Virus record (IMG/VR): IMGVR_UViG_2531839312_000008
Location: 1,574 to 65,573 of that record
DNA: 64,000 bases
From: a virus
Reading direction: 5' to 3' (one strand)
The notes under the pieces were generated by a model. That model was not told the origin of the DNA, did no database searches, and saw only the letters and a program-made list of their open reading frames with translations. Of the stretch, positions 17,398-27,443 are shown piece after piece (position 1 is the first letter of the stretch; each line of letters begins with the position of its first letter). The position numbers and the translations under genes are program-made.

Positions 17398-19380
17398 TTA
17401 CTGTCCTGAGCCTAAGCTAGCGATTGTTCCCGCAGTCCTCCGATGAATGTCATTGAGAAGGGATTTGCCGGTAGTCGCTGAGGTGTTTATGTGACCAATA
17501 CTTATGTGCGTCGTGGTGGCACTGCCTGCATGATTATTCACAACACTGCTGCGCTGCGCTGCTAAATAGGCGCCGCCCTGAGGTAGGCCAGCAATCACCT
17601 TAGGTACGTATGCGGAAGTTTCGCCAGGCATAGCAGAAAGACCATACTTATCGACATTACCCTCTCCCCAGTTGTAAGCAGCCAGAGCATACTGGAGCTT
17701 GCCGTGATAATGCTTTAGGAGCTCTGAAAGATATTTCGCCGCGGCCTGGGCAGATTTTTGCGGATCGAATACATCATTGCCTGACAAGCCCAAATCTTTA
17801 GCTGTCGGGTCCATAAACTGGAATAAACCTTTAGCACCGGCCGGAGACTGTGCGAACTGATCGCCATTTGATTCCGTTGTGGCCACTGAGTTAAGTAGCC
17901 CCGCTGGTAAACCATACTGCGCCTCAAGTTGTCCGAACTGGCTGGACATGAAAGACAATAGCTCTTTGCCCTTTCCTATGGCGTGGGCAGACTGAGCATG
18001 TTGAAGCGGCACATATGCTAGCTCCTGACTTGCAGCGCGGCGTGCTGCCCAATCACCCGTAACAAAATCCCTTACCTGATTTCCTGCTTCTGTAAAGGTG
18101 CCACTATCGGCGGTTGGGATCTGAATGCCAGTGTGTTGGAAAAGCCATGCCCGAAACTCATCACCGGTCTTAGCTACAGCATCAGCACCGGGTAAATTAT
18201 TCAAGGTTTTTACTACTGGGTTATTTTTTAATGCAGGATGTGCATCCTCATACGGCTTAATAACAATCGCTTCAAGAGCAGTCAATCCCGTTATTAACCC
18301 GGCAGGCCCCATAATTGATGAGCTAAGCCCGGTGAATAAAGAAAGAAGTTTACCGCCAACCGATGCGCCAACCAGTATCTCAATAGCAGTCTTCCAGCCA
18401 CCAACCGCATCCGCCCCTTTATTAGCCCAGGTAACGACATCAACAATAGCTTTCTGGATTTTATCCAGAGCAGCTTGAACTTCCTTCGGGTGTGAATTTA
18501 GCCAGGACGCCCACTGTTTCATGTAATTGATGACCTGCTCGAAAGCTGGTTCAAGCGCAACAAAAACCGTGTTCTCAACGTCTCTAAGTTGCTGCCCCAG
18601 ATCCGTCATTGCCGCCGTAGCCTTTTGGGCACGTTCAATAGCCTCATTATTGATATTCGAATTGGCCGTCATCTGACTAACGCCGGGGAGAAACTTACCC
18701 TGGGCGTTATTTTGAATATCAGCCGCATCTAGCCCCACCATCCCCCCAAACGTGTACTGGTCCGCTTTATTGACGTGCTGGAGCCTAGACATTATAAGCC
18801 GCATAACATCGCCAGCATCATGGGCCACCATTACCTGAGGACTAACTCCTAACCGCTGGGCTACCTGGTAAATTTTCCCACTATAGTCGCCCGTAGCATG
18901 CGCGTCATTCATTTGCTGCTGCACATTAGAAAGCGCGCCAGTAATTGACTGCGCAGTTGAGCCAGCCTTTTGCGCCTGGCGCTGCCACCCATCCAATTCC
19001 TTGGCAGACATGCCGAGTGCTTTTGACTGAATGGACAGCTGCATAATCCCTGTCGTCATGCTTGTGACGAAACCAACCGCACCGCCGACCGATAAGCTGA
19101 TCCCCGCAAATGCCAAAAGCTCAGTCTTGAGGCCGGTAAAAATATTCTGAGTTTTTTTGGCCGTTTCCTGCAGGCCCTTTTGAAGCTTTGAGGAGGTTTC
19201 GCCCAGTTTCTTTTGAGATTCAGAGGTGTGCTTAGTGGTATCGTCAAATGAGGACACAAGGTCTGCCAGGTTTTTCTGAATCTCCTGAACCATCGGTAGT
19301 ACGGCTTTTTGAAAGTCAGTCAGCTGATCGGCATCAACGCCGATGCTGACATAGAACTCCTCGAGGGTGCTTCCTTCCAT
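17398..19380 (-). CDS. Tape measure protein with lytic transglycosylase (SLT) domain
   Basis: Helical N-terminus; VATTES.G...A.SPAGAKGLFQFMD.TA...AAKYL..L...ALAAYNWGEGNV. Confidence 0.9.
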   Translation of the reverse strand: MEGSTLEEFYVSIGVDADQLTDFQKAVLPMVQEIQKNLADLVSSFDDTTKHTSESQKKLGETSSKLQKGLQETAKKTQNIFTGLKTELLAFAGISLSVGGAVGFVTSMTTGIMQLSIQSKALGMSAKELDGWQRQAQKAGSTAQSITGALSNVQQQMNDAHATGDYSGKIYQVAQRLGVSPQVMVAHDAGDVMRLIMSRLQHVNKADQYTFGGMVGLDAADIQNNAQGKFLPGVSQMTANSNINNEAIERAQKATAAMTDLGQQLRDVENTVFVALEPAFEQVINYMKQWASWLNSHPKEVQAALDKIQKAIVDVVTWANKGADAVGGWKTAIEILVGASVGGKLLSLFTGLSSSIMGPAGLITGLTALEAIVIKPYEDAHPALKNNPVVKTLNNLPGADAVAKTGDEFRAWLFQHTGIQIPTADSGTFTEAGNQVRDFVTGDWAARRAASQELAYVPLQHAQSAHAIGKGKELLSFMSSQFGQLEAQYGLPAGLLNSVATTESNGDQFAQSPAGAKGLFQFMDPTAKDLGLSGNDVFDPQKSAQAAAKYLSELLKHYHGKLQYALAAYNWGEGNVDKYGLSAMPGETSAYVPKVIAGLPQGGAYLAAQRSSVVNNHAGSATTTHISIGHINTSATTGKSLLNDIHRRTAGTIASLGSGQ

Positions 19381-19565
19381 TAATCACCGCCGCTTAAAAT
19401 TTTCGTGTTGTGGTTATCCACTGAGGCAATTTCCAGCAGGTCATAGACGTCCTCGAGGCAGTACACTGTTTGACACTCGTAAAGCGTGGCAAGCTTTGAG
19501 GAAACCACCGAGGCGATAGTGATCGAGATGTTTGTATACTCGATCAATTTTTTCTGCGGTGGCAT
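19380..19565 (-). CDS. Tail assembly chaperone, T part (joined by -1 frameshift)
   Basis: VVSSKLATL.E.QTVY.LED.YDLLEI motif; in the -1 frame of the upstream gene. Confidence 0.8.
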   Translation of the reverse strand: MPPQKKLIEYTNISITIASVVSSKLATLYECQTVYCLEDVYDLLEIASVDNHNTKILSGGD

Positions 19566-19579
19566 CTGGAGCGGAGCGT

Positions 19580-20059
19580 CTACTCTGCGGCGTCGGTAAA
19601 AAAATCGATGTTAATTTTGATAGCTTCAGTGCGCAGTTTAGATATCGAAGAAAGCTCCTCAATATCATCATCATCCAATGCACGAGTAATCGTCGGATCC
19701 GCAGCACTCGGCATGATTTTAACCTGCGTCATGAGTTCAGCCTGGAGCTGCGAAGAAACATACGGGTCAGCTTTGATCAGCATATCCATGAACATCGTTT
19801 CCACCGCCTTTGAGGCCTGCTCCTTTTCCGCCTCGCCTTTACCATCTTTAGGCTTTCCAGCTACTCCAAATAAAATTTGAGCCATCGCTGCGGCACTGCC
19901 AATCTGGCTTAATTCCGCACCTTTCCCGCTGCCGTACACGCCGTTAAGTAAACGCAATGACCAGCTATCAATTTGGGCCGCCGACATCTCTGTAATCAGA
20001 AAACGCTTCCCTTTATCTCGCCCCTTATCGAGCGTGATGCTTAGTGTTTTACGAGCCAT
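19580..20059 (-). CDS. Tail assembly chaperone, G part
   Basis: GRDKGK.F.ITEMSA.Q; between tube and tape measure; slippery T TTT TTT at 19598-19604. Confidence 0.85.
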   Translation of the reverse strand: MARKTLSITLDKGRDKGKRFLITEMSAAQIDSWSLRLLNGVYGSGKGAELSQIGSAAAMAQILFGVAGKPKDGKGEAEKEQASKAVETMFMDMLIKADPYVSSQLQAELMTQVKIMPSAADPTITRALDDDDIEELSSISKLRTEAIKINIDFFTDAAE

Positions 20060-20076
20060 AAATTAGCGTCCTTTAG

Positions 20077-20517
20077 TTAAGAAGAATACTCAGACGGGGT
20101 AACAGATTCCCAGCGGATTAATGCGGTGATGGGCTGAACGGTCTTTGCTGCTGAAGCCATCGTGGTGCAGTTAATCAGCACGCCGTTTGTGCAGGTGTAC
20201 TTCTTGCCATGGGTTGGGAAAATAATGGTCGCGTTACAGCGATAAACCGCGATGCTGGTTCTGCTGGTTGTTGCCCACGTCTGGAACTTCGTGTAGGTGG
20301 CGCTATCCGGCATGATATGCCATGTCTGGTCCATAGGCGTAAGTATCGCCCCGGCCGATAACGTCCCATCAACTCCCATCACCGTTTCCGCCAACTCAAG
20401 ATTGGTCACATCAAAAATATTATCAGCCGTAAATCCCTGAAGCGTAAAACCAGAGGTGTACAAGTTAGTGACAGTCATGGTTGCTACGACGTCAGCAGCA
20501 GTGATTATTCCACTCAT
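20077..20517 (-). CDS. Tail tube protein
   Basis: LQGF.ADN.F...ET.MGVDG.LSAG motif; follows the sheath. Confidence 0.85.
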   Translation of the reverse strand: MSGIITAADVVATMTVTNLYTSGFTLQGFTADNIFDVTNLELAETVMGVDGTLSAGAILTPMDQTWHIMPDSATYTKFQTWATTSRTSIAVYRCNATIIFPTHGKKYTCTNGVLINCTTMASAAKTVQPITALIRWESVTPSEYSS

Positions 20518-21999
20518 TTATTGCACCTCGACACTATTAAGGGTTAACGACTGGATTTGACCACCGTCGGTGTACCACAGATAAACAACCACACTCTCCC
20601 TGTCCATGCGCTGCGTAGCGGTAAAGCTGCCGATATACATGTAATATCCGGTGTTGGTCAGCGTGGTGCTAATGTCTGTACCGACGATCGACTTAATTTT
20701 AAGTATCTGACTTGAGTCAAGCGAGGTCCCCGTGCTAATGCCGCCCCAGGTTTTAAATTGAGCAATAACATCTGAACACCACGACTCTACCGTCGCCTTG
20801 CCCGTTGTGTTATATGGCAGGTTCGTTTTGTCCAGGAACCCCGTCAGGATTGCACTCTGGAGATTTGCATTTAGCCAAATTTGCCCGAAGTAAGCGTCAG
20901 CCCACAGGTAATCACCTGTAATACTGCCCGGTGCCCAATATTTTTCAGCAATGTTATTCGCCCCATACTGGCCATAAAAGTTGTAGCCATTGGCTTCAAG
21001 CGCGGTCCATTCGGCATCGGTAGAGGCCTGCGCAAGTAAGCCATCCAGCTGAGTATATTTAAGGGAGTTTCGACCATTCTCTTGATCAAAATTGAGGGCA
21101 GCTGCCCAACCCATCACGCTGGCTGCATGCGTTTGGTCGCCATAAACGGGGATCGTCCCGCCGTAGCTATAAACCTCATCAATCTGATAAGCCATTGTCT
21201 CCGTGCTCCCCGAGACCGTTTCTGTGCCATCGTTTGACCAACCCACGTAGGCATAGCGATCGCTTTTGTTTGAGCACCATTCGGCAAACAGGAGGTGCTG
21301 GGAGACCGAACACTCAAAGGACGTAGTGAATGTTGCCCAATCGTCTGTAGCCGCTATCAAAGCCGTGAAACTATCTGTTGGGTCCGTAATAGCATCCGCG
21401 CCCTGAGAGATAACTGCGCCCGTTGCCGATGTAAGCAACAATGATGTCGCCAGGTCACCAGAAGCGTAAGTGATGGCAGAGTTTGCGCCGGTCGTCGCAG
21501 ACGAGATGATGAAAGCAGTCACGGTAGTGTCGTAAGCCACACTTACCGTGTCGCCCAAGGCTGTTTGAATTGCCGCCGCCGCGCCAGCAAAACTGGTTAC
21601 TGATGACAAATCAATAGCGCCTGTGATTGAGGTGCCGTTATCAACAGTAAGTGTCAGAGAGCCTGAAAGCAGCTTAAGTGCGGACACTGTCATGGAGGAC
21701 ATTGACGCAGAGCGAAGCCAGGCTGAGACATCAGTGGTGTTATAGCCCCAAAAATACAACGTGCCAGGTAAGGATGTGCAGTTTGTATAGCCTTGTAAAT
21801 AAATTTCAGCCATCGAATATTCGGTGGCCGCCGTGCCGTAATAGGTCCCGACATCATCGTCATCAGTGAACGTTGATAGCGTGCCGACCGGCGCATAAGC
21901 ACTATTTGTAAGAATTACCCCATTAAGGTCCAGCGCATCGCCCGAGGCGGCCAGAACTCCAGGGATAATTTTAATATCTTTACTCAGAGAGATAGACAT
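20518..21999 (-). CDS. Tail sheath protein (DUF3383 family)
   Basis: I.PGVL.A.G..L.LNG; GYNFYG.Y; PY...G; Y.DGG.IQ.L motifs. Confidence 0.9.
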   Translation of the reverse strand: MSISLSKDIKIIPGVLAASGDALDLNGVILTNSAYAPVGTLSTFTDDDDVGTYYGTAATEYSMAEIYLQGYTNCTSLPGTLYFWGYNTTDVSAWLRSASMSSMTVSALKLLSGSLTLTVDNGTSITGAIDLSSVTSFAGAAAAIQTALGDTVSVAYDTTVTAFIISSATTGANSAITYASGDLATSLLLTSATGAVISQGADAITDPTDSFTALIAATDDWATFTTSFECSVSQHLLFAEWCSNKSDRYAYVGWSNDGTETVSGSTETMAYQIDEVYSYGGTIPVYGDQTHAASVMGWAAALNFDQENGRNSLKYTQLDGLLAQASTDAEWTALEANGYNFYGQYGANNIAEKYWAPGSITGDYLWADAYFGQIWLNANLQSAILTGFLDKTNLPYNTTGKATVESWCSDVIAQFKTWGGISTGTSLDSSQILKIKSIVGTDISTTLTNTGYYMYIGSFTATQRMDRESVVVYLWYTDGGQIQSLTLNSVEVQ

Positions 22000-22017
22000 T
22001 TCTTGTCTCCAGAAACG

Positions 22018-22040
22018 GAAAAACCCGCCGGAGCGGGTGA
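22018..22040 (-). terminator. Intrinsic terminator
   Basis: ACCCGC-TCCG-GCGGGT plus T run; same loop as 6182-6206. Confidence 0.6.
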
Positions 22041-22059
22041 TAGTTTATTGCGGTGTGAG

Positions 22060-22590
22060 TCAAAGAGAGTCTACTGAGTAGGCCTCAAGCTCCACGCTAT
22101 CGAAGAAGTAACGAGGTAATGTGATTGACCTATCGATGACCAAGGTCACGTCGAGGGTCCAGCGGTCTCCATAGCCTGACTCGGAATTAATGAATGCCGT
22201 TTGCCGCAGGTCTCCTGTGGACACTGGTGCCAGTGGGTAGCCGAAAGACTTGAATGCCTCACAGGCCCACTCAGAACGAAATGTTGTTGAAATCAAACCG
22301 GCCATCGACTCCGACTCGCTACCAAAGCAGTCGAGTTGCACGCGCCATAGCGCTGTCCGTTGATGAACCTCATCCCCAGGGGTACTCGTGCCATTGTCGT
22401 AGTCAATCCGGTTGGTAGATTTCACATCCTCACCGAGCGATGTCATCGCAATGAAATTACCCTCGGGGATAGAAACCTTATTTTGCTGACTTTGAATGAC
22501 GGGAACATCAACGAGTAGCAGGAGAAATTTACGGAGCGCGGTGAACATGTCCGACTGAGAAAGTGAGTTGCTTACGTTAGCTGTAAACAT
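22060..22590 (-). CDS. Tail terminator/completion protein
   Basis: Q.NKV..PEG.FI.MT; VQLDCFG; synteny. Confidence 0.75.
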   Translation of the reverse strand: MFTANVSNSLSQSDMFTALRKFLLLLVDVPVIQSQQNKVSIPEGNFIAMTSLGEDVKSTNRIDYDNGTSTPGDEVHQRTALWRVQLDCFGSESESMAGLISTTFRSEWACEAFKSFGYPLAPVSTGDLRQTAFINSESGYGDRWTLDVTLVIDRSITLPRYFFDSVELEAYSVDSL

Positions 22591-22940
22591 GCAACCACCC
22601 TTGTCCAGTCAGGCCAGATTTCCGGCACCGCTACAACAAGCCAGGTGTCATCACCAATAACGAACAAATCTCCGCCCTCATTCTTTTTGCGATTCATCCC
22701 GCACCAGTTACCGTTGGTGTAAATACCGATGAACTGACCTTGAAGGTTGAGGTTGTCTAAATGCTCCAAGTCATTTTGTGAAATGGCCTGCTTCTGCACA
22801 TCCATCGTTACCGCATCTGCGTAGCTGGGTGTCATAGAGCCATTATCGGCAGTATCGTAACCGGTCGATTTATAAATCTGAGCGGACACGTTGGGATTAA
22901 TGCTCTGTGTGACGCTATTGGCGATGCCTCTGAGGTTCAT
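22572..22940 (-). CDS. Head-closure (stopper) protein
   Basis: MNLRGIANS....INPN; GGDL.......WLV..V.E.WPDW motif. Confidence 0.8.
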   Translation of the reverse strand: MNLRGIANSVTQSINPNVSAQIYKSTGYDTADNGSMTPSYADAVTMDVQKQAISQNDLEHLDNLNLQGQFIGIYTNGNWCGMNRKKNEGGDLFVIGDDTWLVVAVPEIWPDWTRVVACLQLT

Positions 22941-23542
22941 TTGCTACCATCCATAATTTCGAAGCTGAGCGCATTTTCCATTGAACCGGTTTCGACCAAC
23001 GGTTTCTCAGGGTTAGCTATACCCTTGCGCTTTTTGGTCGCCCAGGTTCCGTTACTGATCGGGACGAAATTACCTTCGATGATTGTGTTCTGAATATCTG
23101 CAACCATCACCCCGCCAAGCATCTGCAGGGCATCCCTCACTGATTCTTTAGAAACAGGTTGCTCAGCCAGTTTTTTAGTGAGATTAGCAGCCCATTTATC
23201 GGACTCAGCCTTAATCGTATTGCGGAAAAAAGGACGGGCGGGAATGATGATGTTGTGCGCGGGGATTGTCACATCCTGAACGAAATTAGACTTTTCCCGG
23301 CTAACGAAACGGTTACCAACGCTGCCATCAGCCGCCTGCTTGAAGTGAACCTGGCTTTTCCTCGCTTCCACTTTTACCAGCGCGCCAAATTCGTTTGCGG
23401 CTGCATACGGAGCGATTAGCTCACCGGTTTCAGAGTTTGTTGCGCTATTCAGTATCCCGACTTTCATGCTGATATTTTTTACGGCGCTGATCCGCGCCAG
23501 CGCTGCCTGGAGCTTGCCGCCGACTTTTAGCGAGTTAGCCAT
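22937..23542 (-). CDS. Neck/tail completion protein
   Basis: A.NEFG...IPARPFFR.TI; KPL.ETG.M motifs. Confidence 0.75.
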   Translation of the reverse strand: MANSLKVGGKLQAALARISAVKNISMKVGILNSATNSETGELIAPYAAANEFGALVKVEARKSQVHFKQAADGSVGNRFVSREKSNFVQDVTIPAHNIIIPARPFFRNTIKAESDKWAANLTKKLAEQPVSKESVRDALQMLGGVMVADIQNTIIEGNFVPISNGTWATKKRKGIANPEKPLVETGSMENALSFEIMDGSK

Positions 23543-23544
23543 GC

Positions 23545-23958
23545 TCACCCCCAAGGATGATAGTATTTTTTTGCCACATACCGGCCGCCGACAACATACT
23601 TGCGCGTGGACTGCCAGTACATGCTTCCGCACGGGGTCAACTTAAACCATGAAGCATCGGCAGCATTTGGAACCGAGAATGATACGCTAACCGAGCCCTC
23701 TGACGCGCCAGCGATCGGCCCCGCTTGGCCGTCACCCCACAACGCTATCGTCGCAATATGGCAGGTCAGTAGGTTTAGAATCGTTTGCCGATCATTAATG
23801 CCATTGGCCGGGTCATACGGAACAATTGAGCTGTTGGTGTTATCAAGCAGCAGGCATGCCACGTTAAACGCCTCATTAAGTTGCGCATCAGTGAGCGCGC
23901 CAGCAAAGCGCGGGTAAACTCCGGTGAACGCAGTAGGGTCAAACGTGACGACTGCCAT
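23545..23958 (-). CDS. Head-tail connector (DUF4054 family)
   Basis: F...YP.F; L.LLT.H.A.; ASEGSVSVS; W...T..G..YW. Confidence 0.85.
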   Translation of the reverse strand: MAVVTFDPTAFTGVYPRFAGALTDAQLNEAFNVACLLLDNTNSSIVPYDPANGINDRQTILNLLTCHIATIALWGDGQAGPIAGASEGSVSVSFSVPNAADASWFKLTPCGSMYWQSTRKYVVGGRYVAKKYYHPWG

Positions 23959-24311
23959 TAGGCTGCGACCTTCTCAGCTTGCGTGATGGTAGTACTTGTA
24001 TCGATAGGCTCGCGCCCGTGACGTTTTTCGATACGCTCACGAGCCATATCTTCCGCGCTTGCGAAGTCGTCAGCAGCAACGATCAGCTCGTTTCGGAAAA
24101 GTTTGGTTTTACCGTACTCCTTAAGCAAAGCCTCCCACTCGACTGCTGGAATTTCCGTTTTACCGTATAGTCCTACTGGAATTTTGCCCTTATCTACCCC
24201 GATCAGGCTTACTGCGTTGCCATTAATTTTAATGACCTTGCCGTTGCTCAAGCTAAATTCGATACCGTGAGGGTTGTTCATGCGGACATGTTTGATTTTT
24301 TCTGCGGCCAT
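23958..24311 (-). CDS. Virion morphogenesis hypothetical protein
   Basis: Between capsid and connector; RBS and translational coupling. Confidence 0.7.
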   Translation of the reverse strand: MAAEKIKHVRMNNPHGIEFSLSNGKVIKINGNAVSLIGVDKGKIPVGLYGKTEIPAVEWEALLKEYGKTKLFRNELIVAADDFASAEDMARERIEKRHGREPIDTSTTITQAEKVAA

Positions 24312-24387
24312 GATTATCTCTTCTTCAAATAGAAAAAAGGCCCCGAACGGAGCCTTTCAGATTTTCAATTAATGGTAAGTCTGTCGC

Positions 24388-25404
24388 TTAAACGCCAACC
24401 ATCTGAGCAAACGCAAACGGGATCTTAATGATGCCGCCATAGGTGGTTGCTGTGAATTTCTGGCTAAAGCTCGACAACGCTGGAATGATTCGGCCAGCGC
24501 GGAACTTCGCGCCAAAGCCGAGCAAACCGGTCTGCATGCCTGCTACTTTGGGGGCGAACATGAACATCGTTTCACCGGCATCGCCTGACAGTTGCGGAAG
24601 GACAATGATGGTGAGGTTAGAGAAGTATTTATGCAGCATATCCAACACTGAGACGTTGAAGTCTGTTGCCCCACCAAACATAACGCTGGTATCTGGAGAC
24701 ACGGCAAGTTTGATTTCGTCTTTGTTTGTGATGATACCGTTGGATTGCTTCACCAGGCGCTGGAATAACGCCAGGCAGTCGTTGTAACGTTGCTGGGTAT
24801 TCTTATCTGCCCATTCAGTCACAACTGAGCCGTTCACGGTTACTGAAGTTGGTGAAATTGCCGCTGGCAGATTGGGATCATTCAGCGCCCCATAGATTTC
24901 CAAATCCTCAACGCCGAGAAGATAGAATTTATTGGCGTCGATATCGATAGTCGTGGCAGCAGCCCGCTGCTTTTCAGCGGCGAGGTTAATTTTAGCGACA
25001 GATGAAGTCTCAACTTCCAGATCACCATAATCGATAATGGTACTGAAACGATACTGCTCGCGGGTAAGCCAGTTAACGTTCATGCCGGACTTCCCAGACT
25101 GGCCGTAGTCAGAATAGGGTGATGTGGTACCGGTAATTTCATTGGTGCGCCACTTCATATACGCCGTGGTCCAATCGCCCTTTTGTTCTTCGCTCAAAAG
25201 CTCGCGCGAGTTTCGCGGCGCGGTAAGAATATCAACCACTTCTGGGTCAATGTATGCCGTGAACTCAGCGGGGATGGAGGAGTTAGCGCTAGTAATTAAC
25301 GCGGCATCCTGAGCCATTTTTGCGGTGTTGGCATGATCAATCCACATGCGGGCGCCAGGGAACGAAAAGCCATATTTCGCGGCCTGGGTGAAAGATAATT
25401 GCAT
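24388..25404 (-). CDS. Major capsid protein (DUF2184 family)
   Basis: AQDAAL.T.AN..IP; KGDWT; YSDY...G; N.FY..GV..L..YG.LNDPNL. Confidence 0.9.
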   Translation of the reverse strand: MQLSFTQAAKYGFSFPGARMWIDHANTAKMAQDAALITSANSSIPAEFTAYIDPEVVDILTAPRNSRELLSEEQKGDWTTAYMKWRTNEITGTTSPYSDYGQSGKSGMNVNWLTREQYRFSTIIDYGDLEVETSSVAKINLAAEKQRAAATTIDIDANKFYLLGVEDLEIYGALNDPNLPAAISPTSVTVNGSVVTEWADKNTQQRYNDCLALFQRLVKQSNGIITNKDEIKLAVSPDTSVMFGGATDFNVSVLDMLHKYFSNLTIIVLPQLSGDAGETMFMFAPKVAGMQTGLLGFGAKFRAGRIIPALSSFSQKFTATTYGGIIKIPFAFAQMVGV

Positions 25405-25485
25405 TGAGTTTCTCCAACCCGCTGACGCAGATAGCCCTCACCGATGAAGGCGATACGTCAGTTGGTTTAAATTAAAGTGGGATGG

Positions 25486-25977
25486 TTAAGCTGCGGCTGA
25501 AAGCGCTGACCAGTTTGAGATGGTCGCAATACCGCTCTGACTATCGTAGTTTTCAACCCGCCAATCAGTTTCGACAGATCCGCTTACCGTGTCGCCCGTA
25601 GCAGCGCCAGAAATGCTGCCATCAGTCAGAGATGCGAAGACTTTTTGCCCGATGGTTACAGCAGCTGTTGGCTTGACGAAGTAATCGCCTTTGCGCGCTA
25701 CCGTTAGAACCGATCCGGCCGGGATAACCATTGTGCCGGGGCTGGTTAAGTTGTAGTTGAAGTTAACCAACACACGCTCAACCAGGCCAAGCGGCTGGAC
25801 TGAATCATCAGAATACTGTTGCGCTTCGGTGAAAGCATAGGAGCCAGGCCAGACGAATTGGCCCACCGTCACATTACTGGTCGCGATTGGGTTAAAGGGC
25901 ACGTAAACGAACGGATTGTTTGAAGCGCGATCCCCTGGCACCGCCGGGGAGTAATAAAGACCAACTTGAGTTTGCAT
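25486..25977 (-). CDS. Capsid decoration/cement protein
   Basis: AVPGD.AS.NP; G.F.W; G..V.ASL.DG motifs; position before the capsid gene. Confidence 0.75.
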   Translation of the reverse strand: MQTQVGLYYSPAVPGDRASNNPFVYVPFNPIATSNVTVGQFVWPGSYAFTEAQQYSDDSVQPLGLVERVLVNFNYNLTSPGTMVIPAGSVLTVARKGDYFVKPTAAVTIGQKVFASLTDGSISGAATGDTVSGSVETDWRVENYDSQSGIATISNWSALSAAA

Positions 25978-25990
25978 TTACAGTAGCTCC

Positions 25991-27376
25991 TTAGCCAAAT
26001 TTAATATTTGCGAGGTGGGCGAAATGGCCTGTCAGCTCTGCGGGTTCATCTTTAAAAGCATGGTCGTTGGCTAAGGCTGAAGGCTGGCGCTCAGAAATCA
26101 TGTCGAACATGCCCTCGTAGGCTTCCGGCTTGTAGTTCTTGATATTCACGCCCTTGCTTTTCAGCGCATGCGCGAAAATATCCTCAGCGCTGTCGAATGC
26201 CATTGCATCGAGATCACCGACCAAGCTACGGACTTTATTACCGGCCGCATTTAACTTACGCGCATGGCCCAAGGCTTCTTTTTTTGCCTGAGCAATGATG
26301 GCTTTACTGTCCATCGCAGGGCCCTTACCGTTGTCGTCGTCCAGATTGTCATCACCAACCGGCTTGACTTTACCATCAGACAAATCATCCAGATCTTCGT
26401 CAGTCGCAGGTGCTGCCAGGCAGGCTAGCAGCTTCTGAAGCAATTCATCAGGCACTTTACCCTCGAGCATTGTTCGTAAACTTTCCGAAGCATTATCCTC
26501 ATCAAACGCCGGGTCATCCTCCTTCGCTCCCTCATCCTCGGGCTCTACTGCGCCGCCAGCCGCGTCAAGGAGCTCGACCAGGTCATCAGCTTCAATATCC
26601 ATGTCCTGAGCAATCATACTGCCGTACTTACGAGATACGGCTTTCGCCAGGGTGGAAGATTTTTTGTAGGAGCCGACTAGTTTAGTCAGATCGTCCGGCA
26701 GAGCATCCTGCGCCAGGCGCGGGGCTAAGTAAGTGCCGAGAGCAGCTCGCACTGCTACTTGCACACGGGTTAATTTCATAGGTTTTATTACCTTTTTGAT
26801 TTTCGACGGCATACCGTCATGTACGTAAACGTCGGGTCCTGCCCGACCCTCTTTAACGAGCGCCACATGATTTCCCCGGATGTTTCGCATCACGAAGTCA
26901 TAGGCAACGCCGTTAAACTCGCCTGGCGTAAAGTCTGGCGTGTAGAAATACCCGCAGCTGATTTCACGCAACGTTTCATCGTTGATGCCGTCAATTGCAG
27001 TCTGATCAGTAATGGTCAGGGAGTTATCGAGATAAGGTGCGCTCCAAACCGGCGTTGTGCCGACCGAACCCACTCTCACCTCTTTAAGCGGAGCATGGGC
27101 GCTGTCCTGCTGATGGATGATCAGCAGCGGCATCCCGTTGAACATATCGAGGGACTTTTCAAGCTCCTCGGCTGGACGGTAGCCGTAATAGACTTTGTCC
27201 GGCTCGAGTCCTAATTCCTCGTAGCCTGGGATTTCACTCCCCAGATACGGGGCAACCTGCTCTTTTGTTAAGTGGGTCTGCGTAACGTGAAGATATCCGT
27301 TCTCATCGATGCGGCGGCGTGAGGATTCAGCATCCAAAGCAATGCCGCGCACCAGAGGCTTTTTATTTTTTGGCAT
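25991..27376 (-). CDS. Prohead protease/scaffold (DUF2213 family)
   Basis: D.NGYLH; Y.G.EIPG; EISCGY; IRGNHVALV..GRAGPDV...D; acidic scaffold C-terminus. Confidence 0.9.
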   Translation of the reverse strand: MPKNKKPLVRGIALDAESSRRRIDENGYLHVTQTHLTKEQVAPYLGSEIPGYEELGLEPDKVYYGYRPAEELEKSLDMFNGMPLLIIHQQDSAHAPLKEVRVGSVGTTPVWSAPYLDNSLTITDQTAIDGINDETLREISCGYFYTPDFTPGEFNGVAYDFVMRNIRGNHVALVKEGRAGPDVYVHDGMPSKIKKVIKPMKLTRVQVAVRAALGTYLAPRLAQDALPDDLTKLVGSYKKSSTLAKAVSRKYGSMIAQDMDIEADDLVELLDAAGGAVEPEDEGAKEDDPAFDEDNASESLRTMLEGKVPDELLQKLLACLAAPATDEDLDDLSDGKVKPVGDDNLDDDNGKGPAMDSKAIIAQAKKEALGHARKLNAAGNKVRSLVGDLDAMAFDSAEDIFAHALKSKGVNIKNYKPEAYEGMFDMISERQPSALANDHAFKDEPAELTGHFAHLANIKFG

Positions 27377-27443
27377 GATGCCCTCTGAATTTCAGGCATA
27401 AAAAAAACCGCCTAAACGACCGTTTGGGTAAGTTGAATTTACA

